Virus record (IMG/VR): IMGVR_UViG_3300033153_010610
Location: 1-64,000 of that record
Length of the DNA stretch: 64,000 nucleotides
Direction: 5' to 3' (one strand)
Source: a virus
Position 1 is the stretch's first letter; each line of letters opens with the position of its first letter. A program made the translations under genes and the position numbers. A model generated the notes under the pieces. That model did no database searches, had not been told where the DNA came from, and saw nothing but the letters and a program-made list of their open reading frames with translations. This document shows, in pieces, positions 25,597-34,465 of this stretch.

Positions 25597-26431
25597 TCAG
25601 CCCTCTAATGAGGTGTCCGAGGATTTGCCCGACGGCCGGGACGACTGCGTTCCCGAGGGCGGTGATGCGGTCCAATCGATGGGAAACCCTTGGAATATTT
25701 CCGCCCAGACCGGGTTCAATGGTCCCTTCATTCCCAACTTCCGGAGTTTCACGATCAGACCATCCCCGCTCTTTCCCCCATAGGTCGCCTTGTTGTAGTT
25801 CCCCTTGACGGTCAGCGTGGGGAGCCATCCATACGTGGCGAGGCGTCTGATCCCGGCTCTTTTGAAGCCGCCAAGTCCACGCGGCACTCCCAACCGTTCG
25901 AGCGAGTCGAGACAGTTCTCCCTCAGTGTCACCTCGTGTCGTGATGCGACGATGGTAGGCAACGACAAAGCCTCGGTCTCTGGTGTGGGGGAGTCCAACG
26001 TCAAGGGCTCGCAGGCGAGTTGACACAGAGGAATACCCTGATTCCCAGAGGGCGCGCCGCACTGTGGGCATCCAGGTCTTCCACCGGTGTCCGTTGTTCT
26101 CGATGACGACCCACTCTGGCTCGACCTCTTGGACGATTCGGAGCATTTCCCACCAGAGTCCGGACTTGTTCCCGTCGAGTCCGAGGTGCCTGGAGGAGGA
26201 GGCCGGGGAGATGTCGGTGCAGGGGAATCCTCCGCAGATGAGACCAACATAGGGCGGGTTTTTGAGGTCACGGATATCTCCGAAGAGGGTTGCGTCAGGA
26301 TAGTGATGGCGCAGCACCCGCCGCGGGTACTCGGCAGTTTCACACTGCCAGACCACAGGGCCTAGCCCGGCCTGCTCGAGCCCGAGGCCGAGGCCCTCCA
26401 CTCCGGAGAAAAGTGACCCAATCGTCAGCAT
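25583..26431 (-). CDS. DNA cytosine-5 methyltransferase, alpha subunit
   Basis: SLFSGVEG (motif I), GGFPC (IV), IEN (VI), HTRDR (VIII), LGNAV (X); motif IX absent. Confidence 0.9.
   Translation of the reverse strand: MLTIGSLFSGVEGLGLGLEQAGLGPVVWQCETAEYPRRVLRHHYPDATLFGDIRDLKNPPYVGLICGGFPCTDISPASSSRHLGLDGNKSGLWWEMLRIVQEVEPEWVVIENNGHRWKTWMPTVRRALWESGYSSVSTRLRALDVGLPHTRDRGFVVAYHRRITTRGDTEGELSRLARTVGSAAWTWRLQKSRDQTPRHVWMAPHADRQGELQQGDLWGKERGWSDRETPEVGNEGTIEPGLGGNIPRVSHRLDRITALGNAVVPAVGQILGHLIRGLIADV
25597..26343 (-). CDS. Nested out-of-frame ORF: probable C5-methyltransferase beta subunit
   Basis: 248 open codons inside the methyltransferase gene; LNPVWAEIFQGFPIDWT is motif IX-like; start uncertain. 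Confidence 0.7.
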   Translation of the reverse strand: MKLPSTRGGCCAITILTQPSSEISVTSKTRPMLVSSAEDSPAPTSPRPPPPGTSDSTGTSPDSGGKCSESSKRSSQSGSSSRTTDTGGRPGCPQCGAPSGNQGIPLCQLACEPLTLDSPTPETEALSLPTIVASRHEVTLRENCLDSLERLGVPRGLGGFKRAGIRRLATYGWLPTLTVKGNYNKATYGGKSGDGLIVKLRKLGMKGPLNPVWAEIFQGFPIDWTASPPSGTQSSRPSGKSSDTSLEG

Positions 26432-26631
26432 TCTGCTCTCTGCCTCCGAGCGCCCTCTCTCTCGATGGCGTGGCTCCATTTCCGAGTTCGTTTGCAGCAG
26501 ATGCAATCCACCTTTGAGGCCTTCTTCGAGACACGCTCCGGCTCGTTGTAGAATCGACGCCCGCATGCGGTGTCAGCAACTTGCAGGCCCGAGTTCCGGA
26601 AAGACTGGAAGTTGTAGTGGAGTGAGCTCAC
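26425..26631 (-). CDS. Small Cys-containing basic protein
   Basis: GTGA overlap; H..TACGR...VDCICC. Confidence 0.6.
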   Translation of the reverse strand: MSSLHYNFQSFRNSGLQVADTACGRRFYNEPERVSKKASKVDCICCKRTRKWSHAIEREGARRQRAEC

Positions 26632-27356
26632 AGGAGCTTCCCTCCATGACGGTGTGGCCGGGAGATGTTGTAGTCGTGTTTCATATCCACGACCCTGTCG
26701 ATGTCGATGTTGAGAGCGCCACACAGATCGAGGCAACGGATGATGACGTCGGCGAGCTCAACAGGCATCCCCTCGGGCTTCATGTTCCCTTGGCCGTCCA
26801 TTACGCGGGAGAAGGTCCTTGGGTGGACATGCGGGACTCTGAGGTCTTCAGCGCACTCGGACACTTCGGCATGGATCATCAAGAGCTTCTTGGCGATTTG
26901 GTCTCGAAGAGGGGAGCCGTCTTCCTCCCACCAGCCTTTCGCTTTCGCGAGGTCGTGGATCCGATCGCGCCACTCGTTCAGATCCCAACCTTGTTCCTTT
27001 TTCGACTCCGGAGCCATACGGAGCAGTTCGGCCCACCTTCGCTCGTAGTCCTGGTTCTGCTTCTGAGCCCTGGCGAGTTGCCCTTGTGTAGACTCCAGGA
27101 CCTCTTGGGAACGGTCTAGGGCTACCTTACCCATCGCCAATTCAGTCTTCAAAACTACGAGTTGCACGTTCAACTCGACGATTCTGTCGCTCATCTCTCC
27201 TCCGATTCCGGTGATGACCCCCACTTGCGTGGAAGCGCCTTCTCTCTCGTTGACCAGGAGGACCACGTCGTTCGGTAGCCCCTCGACAATCTTGATCTTC
27301 ATTGGGAACGGGAACATCTTCAACTTCTCACTAGCGAACCCTTCGGTTGATGGCAT
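26628..27356 (-). CDS. MazG-like nucleoside triphosphate pyrophosphohydrolase (start may be 27317 or 27194)
   Basis: AKAKGWW, MIHAEVSECAE, ELADVIIR, K..YN..R.HRHGGK. Confidence 0.85.
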   Translation of the reverse strand: MPSTEGFASEKLKMFPFPMKIKIVEGLPNDVVLLVNEREGASTQVGVITGIGGEMSDRIVELNVQLVVLKTELAMGKVALDRSQEVLESTQGQLARAQKQNQDYERRWAELLRMAPESKKEQGWDLNEWRDRIHDLAKAKGWWEEDGSPLRDQIAKKLLMIHAEVSECAEDLRVPHVHPRTFSRVMDGQGNMKPEGMPVELADVIIRCLDLCGALNIDIDRVVDMKHDYNISRPHRHGGKLL

Positions 27357-27718
27357 CTCGTAGGTCGTTGCATCAATTCGACGGTCCTCTCGTAGGCCAG
27401 CACTTCTGCGGCGTCACTGTCGAGCACGTCCCCTTCGAGGGTCCCGTGGTAGAGGATGATGGCCACTCGCTCCTCGAAGACCTGCTGCCAGTACTCATCC
27501 CACTCAGCGACGCGCTCCAGGATGGTGGGCTCCAGATGGTGCTCGAGATAGAGCGGGAGGCGGTGTGGGTCCTGCAATTTGGCCAGAGGCTCCTGCCACC
27601 AACAATCCGGACATTTCACGACCGCGATATTGGCCCAGTGCCAGATGCGGCGCCTGCAACTGCACAGGACGTCAAACTGCTCGACCTTTTGGGTATGTTT
27701 GGACCCGACGATTTTCAT
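27320..27718 (-). CDS. Hypothetical protein with Zn ribbon
   Basis: CSC..CPDC; FEERVAI..Y.G....AE..A motif. Confidence 0.7.
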   Translation of the reverse strand: MKIVGSKHTQKVEQFDVLCSCRRRIWHWANIAVVKCPDCWWQEPLAKLQDPHRLPLYLEHHLEPTILERVAEWDEYWQQVFEERVAIILYHGTLEGDVLDSDAAEVLAYERTVELMQRPTRCHQPKGSLVRS

Positions 27719-27978
27719 GCTTTTTTGAATGGAAGGGGCTGCTTCGGGTCGTACAGGAAGCCGTTCTTCTTGACCCATGCCCGGTACTTCTTCGAGATGC
27801 GGCCGAGACGGTACTGGGACCCGCTGCTCGTCGTGACAACACGCCCTTCACACTTCCGGATGTACGATGTCTCCACATGCTTCCCAGACTTTAGCCGTCC
27901 GCAAAGGTAGTCGCGGCCTAGTTCGGGGGCTCTGTATGGGTTCTCTCGTACGGACCAGTCTGCGATGTGCTTCTCCAT
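27715..27978 (-). CDS. Conserved phage hypothetical protein
   Basis: PYRAPE...G..VETS.I....TSSGSQYRLG motif. Confidence 0.8.
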   Translation of the reverse strand: MEKHIADWSVRENPYRAPELGRDYLCGRLKSGKHVETSYIRKCEGRVVTTSSGSQYRLGRISKKYRAWVKKNGFLYDPKQPLPFKKA

Positions 27979-28394
27979 CAGTACCTCCGGTCTCGAAGCA
28001 GTTCGGGGTGATCGGCTTTGATCCTGTCCAACTCTTCCCGTCGAAAGAACACCCTAGACGTGCGGTGTGGCCCAGACTTCTCGTATTGGACATCACCATT
28101 CCGCATGAGACGCTCCAACATACGGACGCTGATTTTGAGATATCGGCTCGCTTTGGGCCGGCTCACCCAGTCAGGGTCGTTCGTGAACCCATTGGCGAGG
28201 TGGTCGATGTCCGCACGCTTCGACAGCCACGCTTCGACGTCAGAGCACTTGTAGTAGTACTTCGAGGTCCCACTGCCCGTACCGTTACGCTCGACGTAGG
28301 GAGGCCCGACGCCGCGCTTCCGGGCACGGTAGAGCAGGTTCCAACTGACCCCGAATTGGCGAGCTGCCGCTGTCTCTCCGATGAGGTCACTCAT
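27978..28394 (-). CDS. Tandem excisionase/MerR-type HTH DNA-binding protein
   Basis: AARQFGVS..LY..R..GVGPPY..YKCSDVEAWL and ASRYLKISVRMLERL..FRREELDR. Confidence 0.8.
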   Translation of the reverse strand: MSDLIGETAAARQFGVSWNLLYRARKRGVGPPYVERNGTGSGTSKYYYKCSDVEAWLSKRADIDHLANGFTNDPDWVSRPKASRYLKISVRMLERLMRNGDVQYEKSGPHRTSRVFFRREELDRIKADHPELLRDRRY

Positions 28395-29901
28395 CGTCGG
28401 GCTCGCCCTGCATTCGTTGCGCAGTGGGATAGGCGCTCAACGCCCCCGAACCCAAGAGGCCTAGCACTCCCTTTGGGATGGCCAAGCTGTCCAGGAAGCG
28501 CTCCTTCCAGTCATCCATAGTCTTCTTGAGTTCTGAGTACGTATCCGGCCAAGGCGCCCCGACTTCGAAGGTGATGTCAGCCACGTGCTTTTGGGATTTG
28601 TACTCTCTGCTGAAGACAACACCCTCGCCCGCGTCTGGCAACTCACCATCATGGAAGTACCCGTCAGACCTCTGAGGGCCACCCATCATGGCTTTATGTA
28701 TGTCCTCGACATCGGCCGTGCCATAACGCTTAGTAAAGTCCGGGTCTCCGTCCCGGTGATGCATGTTTGACGGGCGGTAGACGACCACCCGCCGCAGCCA
28801 AGAGCACATCATTGCGACGCCCTTGCCCAGGTCATTCCGGTGCCAGCGGTCCGCGCATCGGCGCGAGTAGATGTCGGAGGTATCTCCCTCGCGCCGCTCG
28901 GTCACCTCGAAGTTGTGAGGCGGGATAGCCGGCCATGTGTACTTCCCGCACTTCACATACCCTTCTGGGGTCTTGGGATAGATCTGGAAACCGAAGGTCG
29001 GGTTCGGCGGCAAAAGCATGGTCTCGACCATCTTCTTTCTCGCCGAGACGATTGCCTCCTCCAGGCCTACCGGGTCGGGGAAATTATCCAGGCAGCATCG
29101 AGTCCAGGATTGGAGCCCATCCATCAGGTCAGGGTCCAGATTCCGATTGAGCAGGTGCGCGACCAACTCCCGCTGCATTTGATGTGGCAGCGCGAGGACC
29201 TTGAACTGTAATTCGCCCTCTTGAAGGCCCAAGGCCGCACTACGGTGGCCGTCAACATGGTCCGTCAGCCGCAGGGAGGCTATGTGCTTCATCTGAGTCC
29301 AGTCTCGACCCCTCCGGTCATTCTCGGGCTCGTACCACGTGTGGAGATAGTTGGCGGTGAGGCCGTTGACATCTTTGGGCCAGTAACGGCCTTGGCAGCG
29401 ACTGGGGAGGTCATCAAACATGTAGGCCGCGGCGTTACACCGATCATCAACTTCCACGCCGTAGGTGACTTCGCCGCAGTGGTTGCATACGAGATGGAGG
29501 TCAGTCGTAGCCTCTTTGCGCTCGGACTCGATCTGCACACTGGCGAAGTTGGTCAGTGACTGGAGTAGCCATTCTCCCGGAGACTCCACCTCATCCCAAT
29601 TCTCTGGCGCTACCCAGAGATGACCCAACTTGTTCCGCAGGTGCATCAGGATCCCGCTGATGTTGGTAGATACCTCGTACCTGGGTAGGTCCAAGTTCGG
29701 GGCGTCCGACCACGAGTCGATGGACCGACGGTCCCCGGGCCCAAAATAGAAGGCCACAGCAGGACCGGTCAGATGCGACCTGTACGAGCCCAGGCTAGGG
29801 TGGAACGACACGTCGAGACGTATCCCGAGGTTGTCGCTCGTGTAGACCCGGCTCACGATGCCGAGGACAGTCTGCCCGACTAGTTTTGAAAGGGCCGTCA
29901 T
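28387..29901 (-). CDS. Hypothetical protein, 504 aa
   Basis: AGGAGG RBS; long ORF. Confidence 0.8.
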   Translation of the reverse strand: MTALSKLVGQTVLGIVSRVYTSDNLGIRLDVSFHPSLGSYRSHLTGPAVAFYFGPGDRRSIDSWSDAPNLDLPRYEVSTNISGILMHLRNKLGHLWVAPENWDEVESPGEWLLQSLTNFASVQIESERKEATTDLHLVCNHCGEVTYGVEVDDRCNAAAYMFDDLPSRCQGRYWPKDVNGLTANYLHTWYEPENDRRGRDWTQMKHIASLRLTDHVDGHRSAALGLQEGELQFKVLALPHQMQRELVAHLLNRNLDPDLMDGLQSWTRCCLDNFPDPVGLEEAIVSARKKMVETMLLPPNPTFGFQIYPKTPEGYVKCGKYTWPAIPPHNFEVTERREGDTSDIYSRRCADRWHRNDLGKGVAMMCSWLRRVVVYRPSNMHHRDGDPDFTKRYGTADVEDIHKAMMGGPQRSDGYFHDGELPDAGEGVVFSREYKSQKHVADITFEVGAPWPDTYSELKKTMDDWKERFLDSLAIPKGVLGLLGSGALSAYPTAQRMQGEPDDE

Positions 29902-29909
29902 GGGACCTC

Positions 29910-30149
29910 CTAGTTCATCACGATGTCGAGCACGACCAGCTTGGTCAGCATCGACATGAGGTGCGTCGTGCGGTCATGCGCCTCCGCCTCCTCCTCAGAG
30001 GCGTAGACGAACAGCCACATCTCCTTACTTTTGGGGTCTGCAGAGTCCGTATGGAAGCGGCCCCATCGGCCATTCTCCATCGGAACCGGAGCGTAGTCGT
30101 TGATGGACTTTAAGAGCACGAATACTCCTGCTTTTGGAGTGGATGTCAT
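29910..30149 (-). CDS. Hypothetical protein
   Basis: AAGGA RBS. Confidence 0.65.
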   Translation of the reverse strand: MTSTPKAGVFVLLKSINDYAPVPMENGRWGRFHTDSADPKSKEMWLFVYASEEEAEAHDRTTHLMSMLTKLVVLDIVMN

Positions 30150-30194
30150 TCAGCATTCCTTGCAATTATACTCGTCCTCCATGACGTCTTGTCT

Positions 30195-31073
30195 CTACGA
30201 GACGAGTTTCTTTTGTGAAGGGCCGATGATGGCCAGGATCTCTTCTTTCAGGTCCGAGGTCTCCCCGCGGAGCTTTTCGAGTGGTCTTTTGGGGAGGCGG
30301 AGGACACTGAGCCGCCTTCCTCGATCGACGTCGTCGAGCAGTTTGAGTGTCACCATCCAGATATCCCCTGCGGAGAATCCACCTCGCTGGCCCTTCAACT
30401 TCTGGCGCAACATTGAGATGCGGAAAGACGCTGTCGGGTGATCCGTTGGGAAACGAGAGGGCTCTGCGAAGGCATCTAGGATTTCGTCTACGCGCTCGAT
30501 ATCGAAACGAAGCCGGCCTATGGCAGCGGCTGAGATGGATGGTCGCGGAAGGAAGGTGTGGGTGGCGTAGTAGAAACGTGAGATGTCGTCCCAGGGCAGC
30601 TCAACCTCGTCCAGCGCGACGACTCCCGCCGTGTCTATGTGGTATTGGTAGGGGGACACGTCGATGCCCCCGTGACGTGCCCACACGCCCAGAGTGCGGA
30701 GGACAGTCTGGCGAAGCCGAGAGTGTTTAAGCCCACGACCAGCGAAGATCTGAGCAGGTGTCCGCATCCGGCCCGCATCGATGGTGGTGGATACGTCACG
30801 TTCGCTCGAACTGTGGCAGTTATAAACGAGCAGGAAGGGGCCTTCTACCCCAGACTCGATGATGGCTTTAAGACGGTGTTGGCCGTCAATCAGAGAGCCG
30901 TCGCCATTGAACTTGATGGTCTCCCCGTTTGCGTAGTCCCACCTGCCTGTGCTCATCAAGTGAGCGTATCGGATGACAGTTGTTCGGCTCACCTTACGGA
31001 CGTTTTCGTTGAGGCTTAGGATGTCCTCAGCGACCTGAGGCGTAATCGTTTGCCATTTAGCATCAGGGAGCAT
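30195..31073 (-). CDS. ParB/Srx-like N-terminal domain protein
   Basis: ITPQVAEDIL..N...YAHLM..GRW...GETIKF...LIDGQHRLKAI. Confidence 0.85.
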   Translation of the reverse strand: MLPDAKWQTITPQVAEDILSLNENVRKVSRTTVIRYAHLMSTGRWDYANGETIKFNGDGSLIDGQHRLKAIIESGVEGPFLLVYNCHSSSERDVSTTIDAGRMRTPAQIFAGRGLKHSRLRQTVLRTLGVWARHGGIDVSPYQYHIDTAGVVALDEVELPWDDISRFYYATHTFLPRPSISAAAIGRLRFDIERVDEILDAFAEPSRFPTDHPTASFRISMLRQKLKGQRGGFSAGDIWMVTLKLLDDVDRGRRLSVLRLPKRPLEKLRGETSDLKEEILAIIGPSQKKLVS

Positions 31074-31137
31074 GTGTGTTTCTCCGTGTGTGATATTCAG
31101 CTTCCACCGATGAAGGTACCCGGCTAGTCTAATCCCG

Positions 31138-31737
31138 TCAAGGGGTTTCCCGGAAGTGCCAGTGACGACCAGGCTGAGGTGCCGGCACCCCAAGCGTTGT
31201 CAGGAGTACCGGCCAATGCTTGTCGGCGATACTCTTCGTCCCACGCTCAAAAGAACTCACCAAAACCATGTGCACCCCCAGGGCTTCCGCTAGGGTACGT
31301 TGTGAGATCCCAGCGTCTGTGCGGGCGCGGAATAGCCAACGTCCGGTCATCAGGTCCCGGATGTGCTTGGTTATGCGCAGCCCCCCAAAGAGTTGGGGAT
31401 TCTTCACATCCGCCATGATAGGTGTGCAGACGTCTTGACGACCCGACGCTCGAGCTTCCAGGAAGGGGCCCTCGTTCAAGATGTAGCAGGTGTCCATGTG
31501 TGGGATGGGGAGCCCGTATAGGACTACCTCCTCGGTAGTCAGCAACAGGGAATCATCAGGATGATCTCGACGGGAGCGGCCGGTGAATTGGCGAATCACA
31601 ATGTGGCCAGTCGGGTTGAAGGTCCGAGTGAGCCCTCCACCTTGTTTGATGTGCAGAACCTTGCCAGTACAATTGACCCAGTTCAGTCTGTCTGGGCGCC
31701 TTGGGGTGCTTGTCGTCATCGCTTCCTCTTGAGACAT
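31138..31737 (-). CDS. Protein with C-terminal XRE-family HTH
   Basis: ARTDAGISQRTLAEALGVHMVLVSSFERG. Confidence 0.8.
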   Translation of the reverse strand: MSQEEAMTTSTPRRPDRLNWVNCTGKVLHIKQGGGLTRTFNPTGHIVIRQFTGRSRRDHPDDSLLLTTEEVVLYGLPIPHMDTCYILNEGPFLEARASGRQDVCTPIMADVKNPQLFGGLRITKHIRDLMTGRWLFRARTDAGISQRTLAEALGVHMVLVSSFERGTKSIADKHWPVLLTTLGVPAPQPGRHWHFRETP

Positions 31738-31873
31738 AAAGCAGTCGTATCAATAATATCGGGAAATAGGTTGAGGTTGTCCAGAGACACTTGTTTTAAG
31801 ATTGGCCAGTCATGGACAACAGGCAGTTCTACTGATATAGAATTGTGCTCAACCTGCAACCCAACGAGGGGAT

Positions 31874-32230
31874 ATGTCGGAAGAACAGGACCTGATTGAG
31901 CGGCTCTTCGCCGCTGCCATTGTCACACTGTGGCGTCAGCCGATTGATCAACCTATTCCAGAGGTAGACTTCTCCATCACTAAGCCCGGAGCAGACATCC
32001 CAGGGTCCGCCCCAAACATCCAAATCCACATCCGCGGCCAACTCGCACAGGCGGTAATCCAGAGGTGTGCTGAGGAACTGGCCGGAGACTCTGTCTACCT
32101 ACAATTGTGCATGAAAGCGTTCGAGTCCCTGCAGGACGCCCTTGGAGTGGCCGTCGTGAATGGATTCGACCTCCCTCCTGAACTCTTGTCGTTGACGGTC
32201 GGACCAGATCCTATCGAGGTCACCCATTGA
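31874..32230 (+). CDS. Hypothetical protein
   Basis: GAGGGG RBS; promoter-like TGGACA...TATAGAAT at about 31813-31843. Confidence 0.75.
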   Translation: MSEEQDLIERLFAAAIVTLWRQPIDQPIPEVDFSITKPGADIPGSAPNIQIHIRGQLAQAVIQRCAEELAGDSVYLQLCMKAFESLQDALGVAVVNGFDLPPELLSLTVGPDPIEVTH

Positions 32231-32601
32231 AGCGGGGGCGTCAAAAACCGCACATTATGGGGGTGACCCCGCTCGTGTTGGTTATGATGAGCGACGGGAA
32301 GGCCTGGTCGATTCCGCAACTCGCCTTTGAAATCTCCAAGTTCCGTGAGCTCGGAAAGAACAATGTCCGGCAAGCAGTGGTACACATGAGCATGGGCGGT
32401 CTTCTTGTTCGAGAACACGTAGAACCTCAGAAAGAGGATGGGGTGTTTTTGCGGGAGCAACATGACAGGGAGCGTGGCTGTTTGGCACGCTGGGCCTACC
32501 GATTGACTACGGAGGGCGCTCAGGAATCCTCCTACGTGCTTCAGCGATTGAAGTGCTTCTATGAGTGGTGTCGAGAAGAAGAGGTGATTCTGTTCTCGTA
32601 G
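32227..32601 (+). CDS. Possible winged-helix DNA-binding protein
   Basis: WSIPQLAFEI...GLLVRE...YRLTTEG (PadR/MarR-like pattern). Confidence 0.55.
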   Translation: MKRGRQKPHIMGVTPLVLVMMSDGKAWSIPQLAFEISKFRELGKNNVRQAVVHMSMGGLLVREHVEPQKEDGVFLREQHDRERGCLARWAYRLTTEGAQESSYVLQRLKCFYEWCREEEVILFS

Positions 32602-32614
32602 AGAGGAGTTCCCC

Positions 32615-32827
32615 ATGGGCGCAGAAGTACGAAGATGGTACGACCACTTACCGACATCCAAGAATCAACGGAAGCCAAAAGAACAGGTGGAGTTTCGTGG
32701 CTCGGTTGAAGAGTGGGAGAAGAATGGGGGAACCATCACAAGATGCCCGCCCTGTACGGCGAGCGAATACTGGAAAGAGAAGTGTGCGTGGCAATTCAAA
32801 GCAACCAAGGTACCGGGAAACCTGTAG
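32615..32827 (+). CDS. Hypothetical protein
   Basis: GAGGAG RBS; VEEWEKNGGTITRCPP motif. Confidence 0.7.
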   Translation: MGAEVRRWYDHLPTSKNQRKPKEQVEFRGSVEEWEKNGGTITRCPPCTASEYWKEKCAWQFKATKVPGNL

Positions 32828-32829
32828 AC

Positions 32830-33120
32830 ATGAACAAGACTGACATCATCGAATCAATCAAAAACCTCGCGCCAGTATCAGCAACCCCTGAGGTGAACCC
32901 GCCGGCCCCCGCCAAACCTGCTGAGCCCACTATGCAAGACGTGGTGGCCGCCATGCAGCAGACGTTCGGGGAACTTCGCCAGCACGCGGAAGCCCTGCAG
33001 GCCAATCACAACGCCCTCGTGCAGACGACGGCCATGATGGCTGAGCTCATTACCCTGCAGGCGCCCAACAGCGAGTTGGCCAGGACTATCATGGCCCGCT
33101 TTACGAGGAACGCGGAATGA
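32830..33120 (+). CDS. Hypothetical protein
   Basis: ATGA overlap with ssb. Confidence 0.7.
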   Translation: MNKTDIIESIKNLAPVSATPEVNPPAPAKPAEPTMQDVVAAMQQTFGELRQHAEALQANHNALVQTTAMMAELITLQAPNSELARTIMARFTRNAE

Positions 33121-33572
33121 ACGTAGTTTCGTTGGTCGGCCGTCTCGGGAAAGACCCAGAACTCAAGACCTACGGCGATAAGTGCGTCACCAACTTCTCT
33201 ATCGCTACCTCCAGCAGGTTTCTCGACAAGTCCACAGACACGTGGGTTGAGAAGTCTGAGTGGCATCGATTGGTGGTGTGGAACGCTCAGGCCAAATCGT
33301 GTTGCGCTCAATTGATAAAAGGGTCCCTGGTTTCCGTCCAGGGGTCCTTGCGAACTCGGAAATGGGAGAGCGATCAAGGGACGCGCTACACCACCGAGAT
33401 TATGGTGTCGCGTATCGACTTCCTGACAGGATGGGGGAACAAGGCAAAGGAAGAAGCTGGGGTCTCTTCTGGATACAAAGACTACCAGAACTCCAAGCCT
33501 CAAGCGCAAGCTCAACCCACCATCTCTGAAGGCCACGACAGCTTCTCAGACGACGATGATATTCCTTTCTAA
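33117..33572 (+). CDS. ssb: Single-stranded DNA-binding protein
   Basis: MNVVSLVGRLGKDPE, EWHRLV, GSLRTRKW, C-terminal DDDIPF. Confidence 0.97.
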   Translation: MNVVSLVGRLGKDPELKTYGDKCVTNFSIATSSRFLDKSTDTWVEKSEWHRLVVWNAQAKSCCAQLIKGSLVSVQGSLRTRKWESDQGTRYTTEIMVSRIDFLTGWGNKAKEEAGVSSGYKDYQNSKPQAQAQPTISEGHDSFSDDDDIPF

Positions 33573-33587
33573 TCAAGGAGAGAGAAG

Positions 33588-33893
33588 ATGACACTAGCGG
33601 AACACATCGCAGCCGCCACCGCATTTGAAACCGGAGTCCAGTCGAGGCCGAACGTCCAGTGGGCGGTACGTTCCTCGGGGGACAAAGTCCAGTTCATGGC
33701 CACCAATATCCAGGTCAATCTCGACATCCGCTACTCGGTATCTCTGGACGCCTGGAATGGCACTGTCAACGACACCCTGGTACAGGAAGGCGCTCTTGGG
33801 GCCGTGCTTACAGCAGTCCTCGCGGCAGCCCAAGCCATCCTGCAATCTCAGAAGGACCAGCACGACAGTGACATCACCGTCCTGTCCCCGTAG
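33588..33893 (+). CDS. Hypothetical protein
   Basis: AAGGAG RBS. Confidence 0.75.
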   Translation: MTLAEHIAAATAFETGVQSRPNVQWAVRSSGDKVQFMATNIQVNLDIRYSVSLDAWNGTVNDTLVQEGALGAVLTAVLAAAQAILQSQKDQHDSDITVLSP

Positions 33894-33901
33894 GAGAACC
33901 C

Positions 33902-34465
33902 ATGACGGAGGTTGATGAAAAACGTCAGCGGATTTTAGAAATGCGAGAGTTCGCTGGTCTCGTTTTAGACAGTCTGTTTGAGTACGCCATGACTGCTCTA
34001 CAGACTGCACTGAACGAGGCAGAAGCGGCTGTTCTTGAGGAACTTACCCATGAGGAGGGAACGGTAGTACTCGAGGAGTCCCTCCGGAACATGGCCACTA
34101 CCTCGTTGGAATTGCTCCCGGATCCTGAGCCAGAGTTGGGGACGCTTGCGGTGCCGGACCCGGAGCCGGACCTCAATTCTCGAACAGAGGCGTACATCAC
34201 GTCCCTATTCCTTCAGGAGTGCCGTCCTCTGACTGTTGGGGAGATGGAAGATGAGGGGGAGATCGCGTTCGAGTTGGTCAATAGTGACACGTCCTTCGAG
34301 GAGGTCCTTCAGGAGATGGAAGAACGTGGCTTGGTGAGTTCCGCCTTCTCTGACCTGAACTATAAGGTGTGGGACCTGACTGAGACGTTCATGGCTGCTC
34401 TCCAGGAGGCGGAAGATGCTGTTGCAGCAGGACATGTTCCGGGCGTCGAGCCCACCGACGATTGA
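33902..34465 (+). CDS. Highly acidic hypothetical protein
   Basis: AGGAG RBS; E/D-rich. Confidence 0.75.
   Translation: MTEVDEKRQRILEMREFAGLVLDSLFEYAMTALQTALNEAEAAVLEELTHEEGTVVLEESLRNMATTSLELLPDPEPELGTLAVPDPEPDLNSRTEAYITSLFLQECRPLTVGEMEDEGEIAFELVNSDTSFEEVLQEMEERGLVSSAFSDLNYKVWDLTETFMAALQEAEDAVAAGHVPGVEPTDD

Noticed and set aside
27978-28394. Excisionase implying a temperate phage or prophage
   Set aside because: Generic HTH fold; no integrase, att site or host genes in the window
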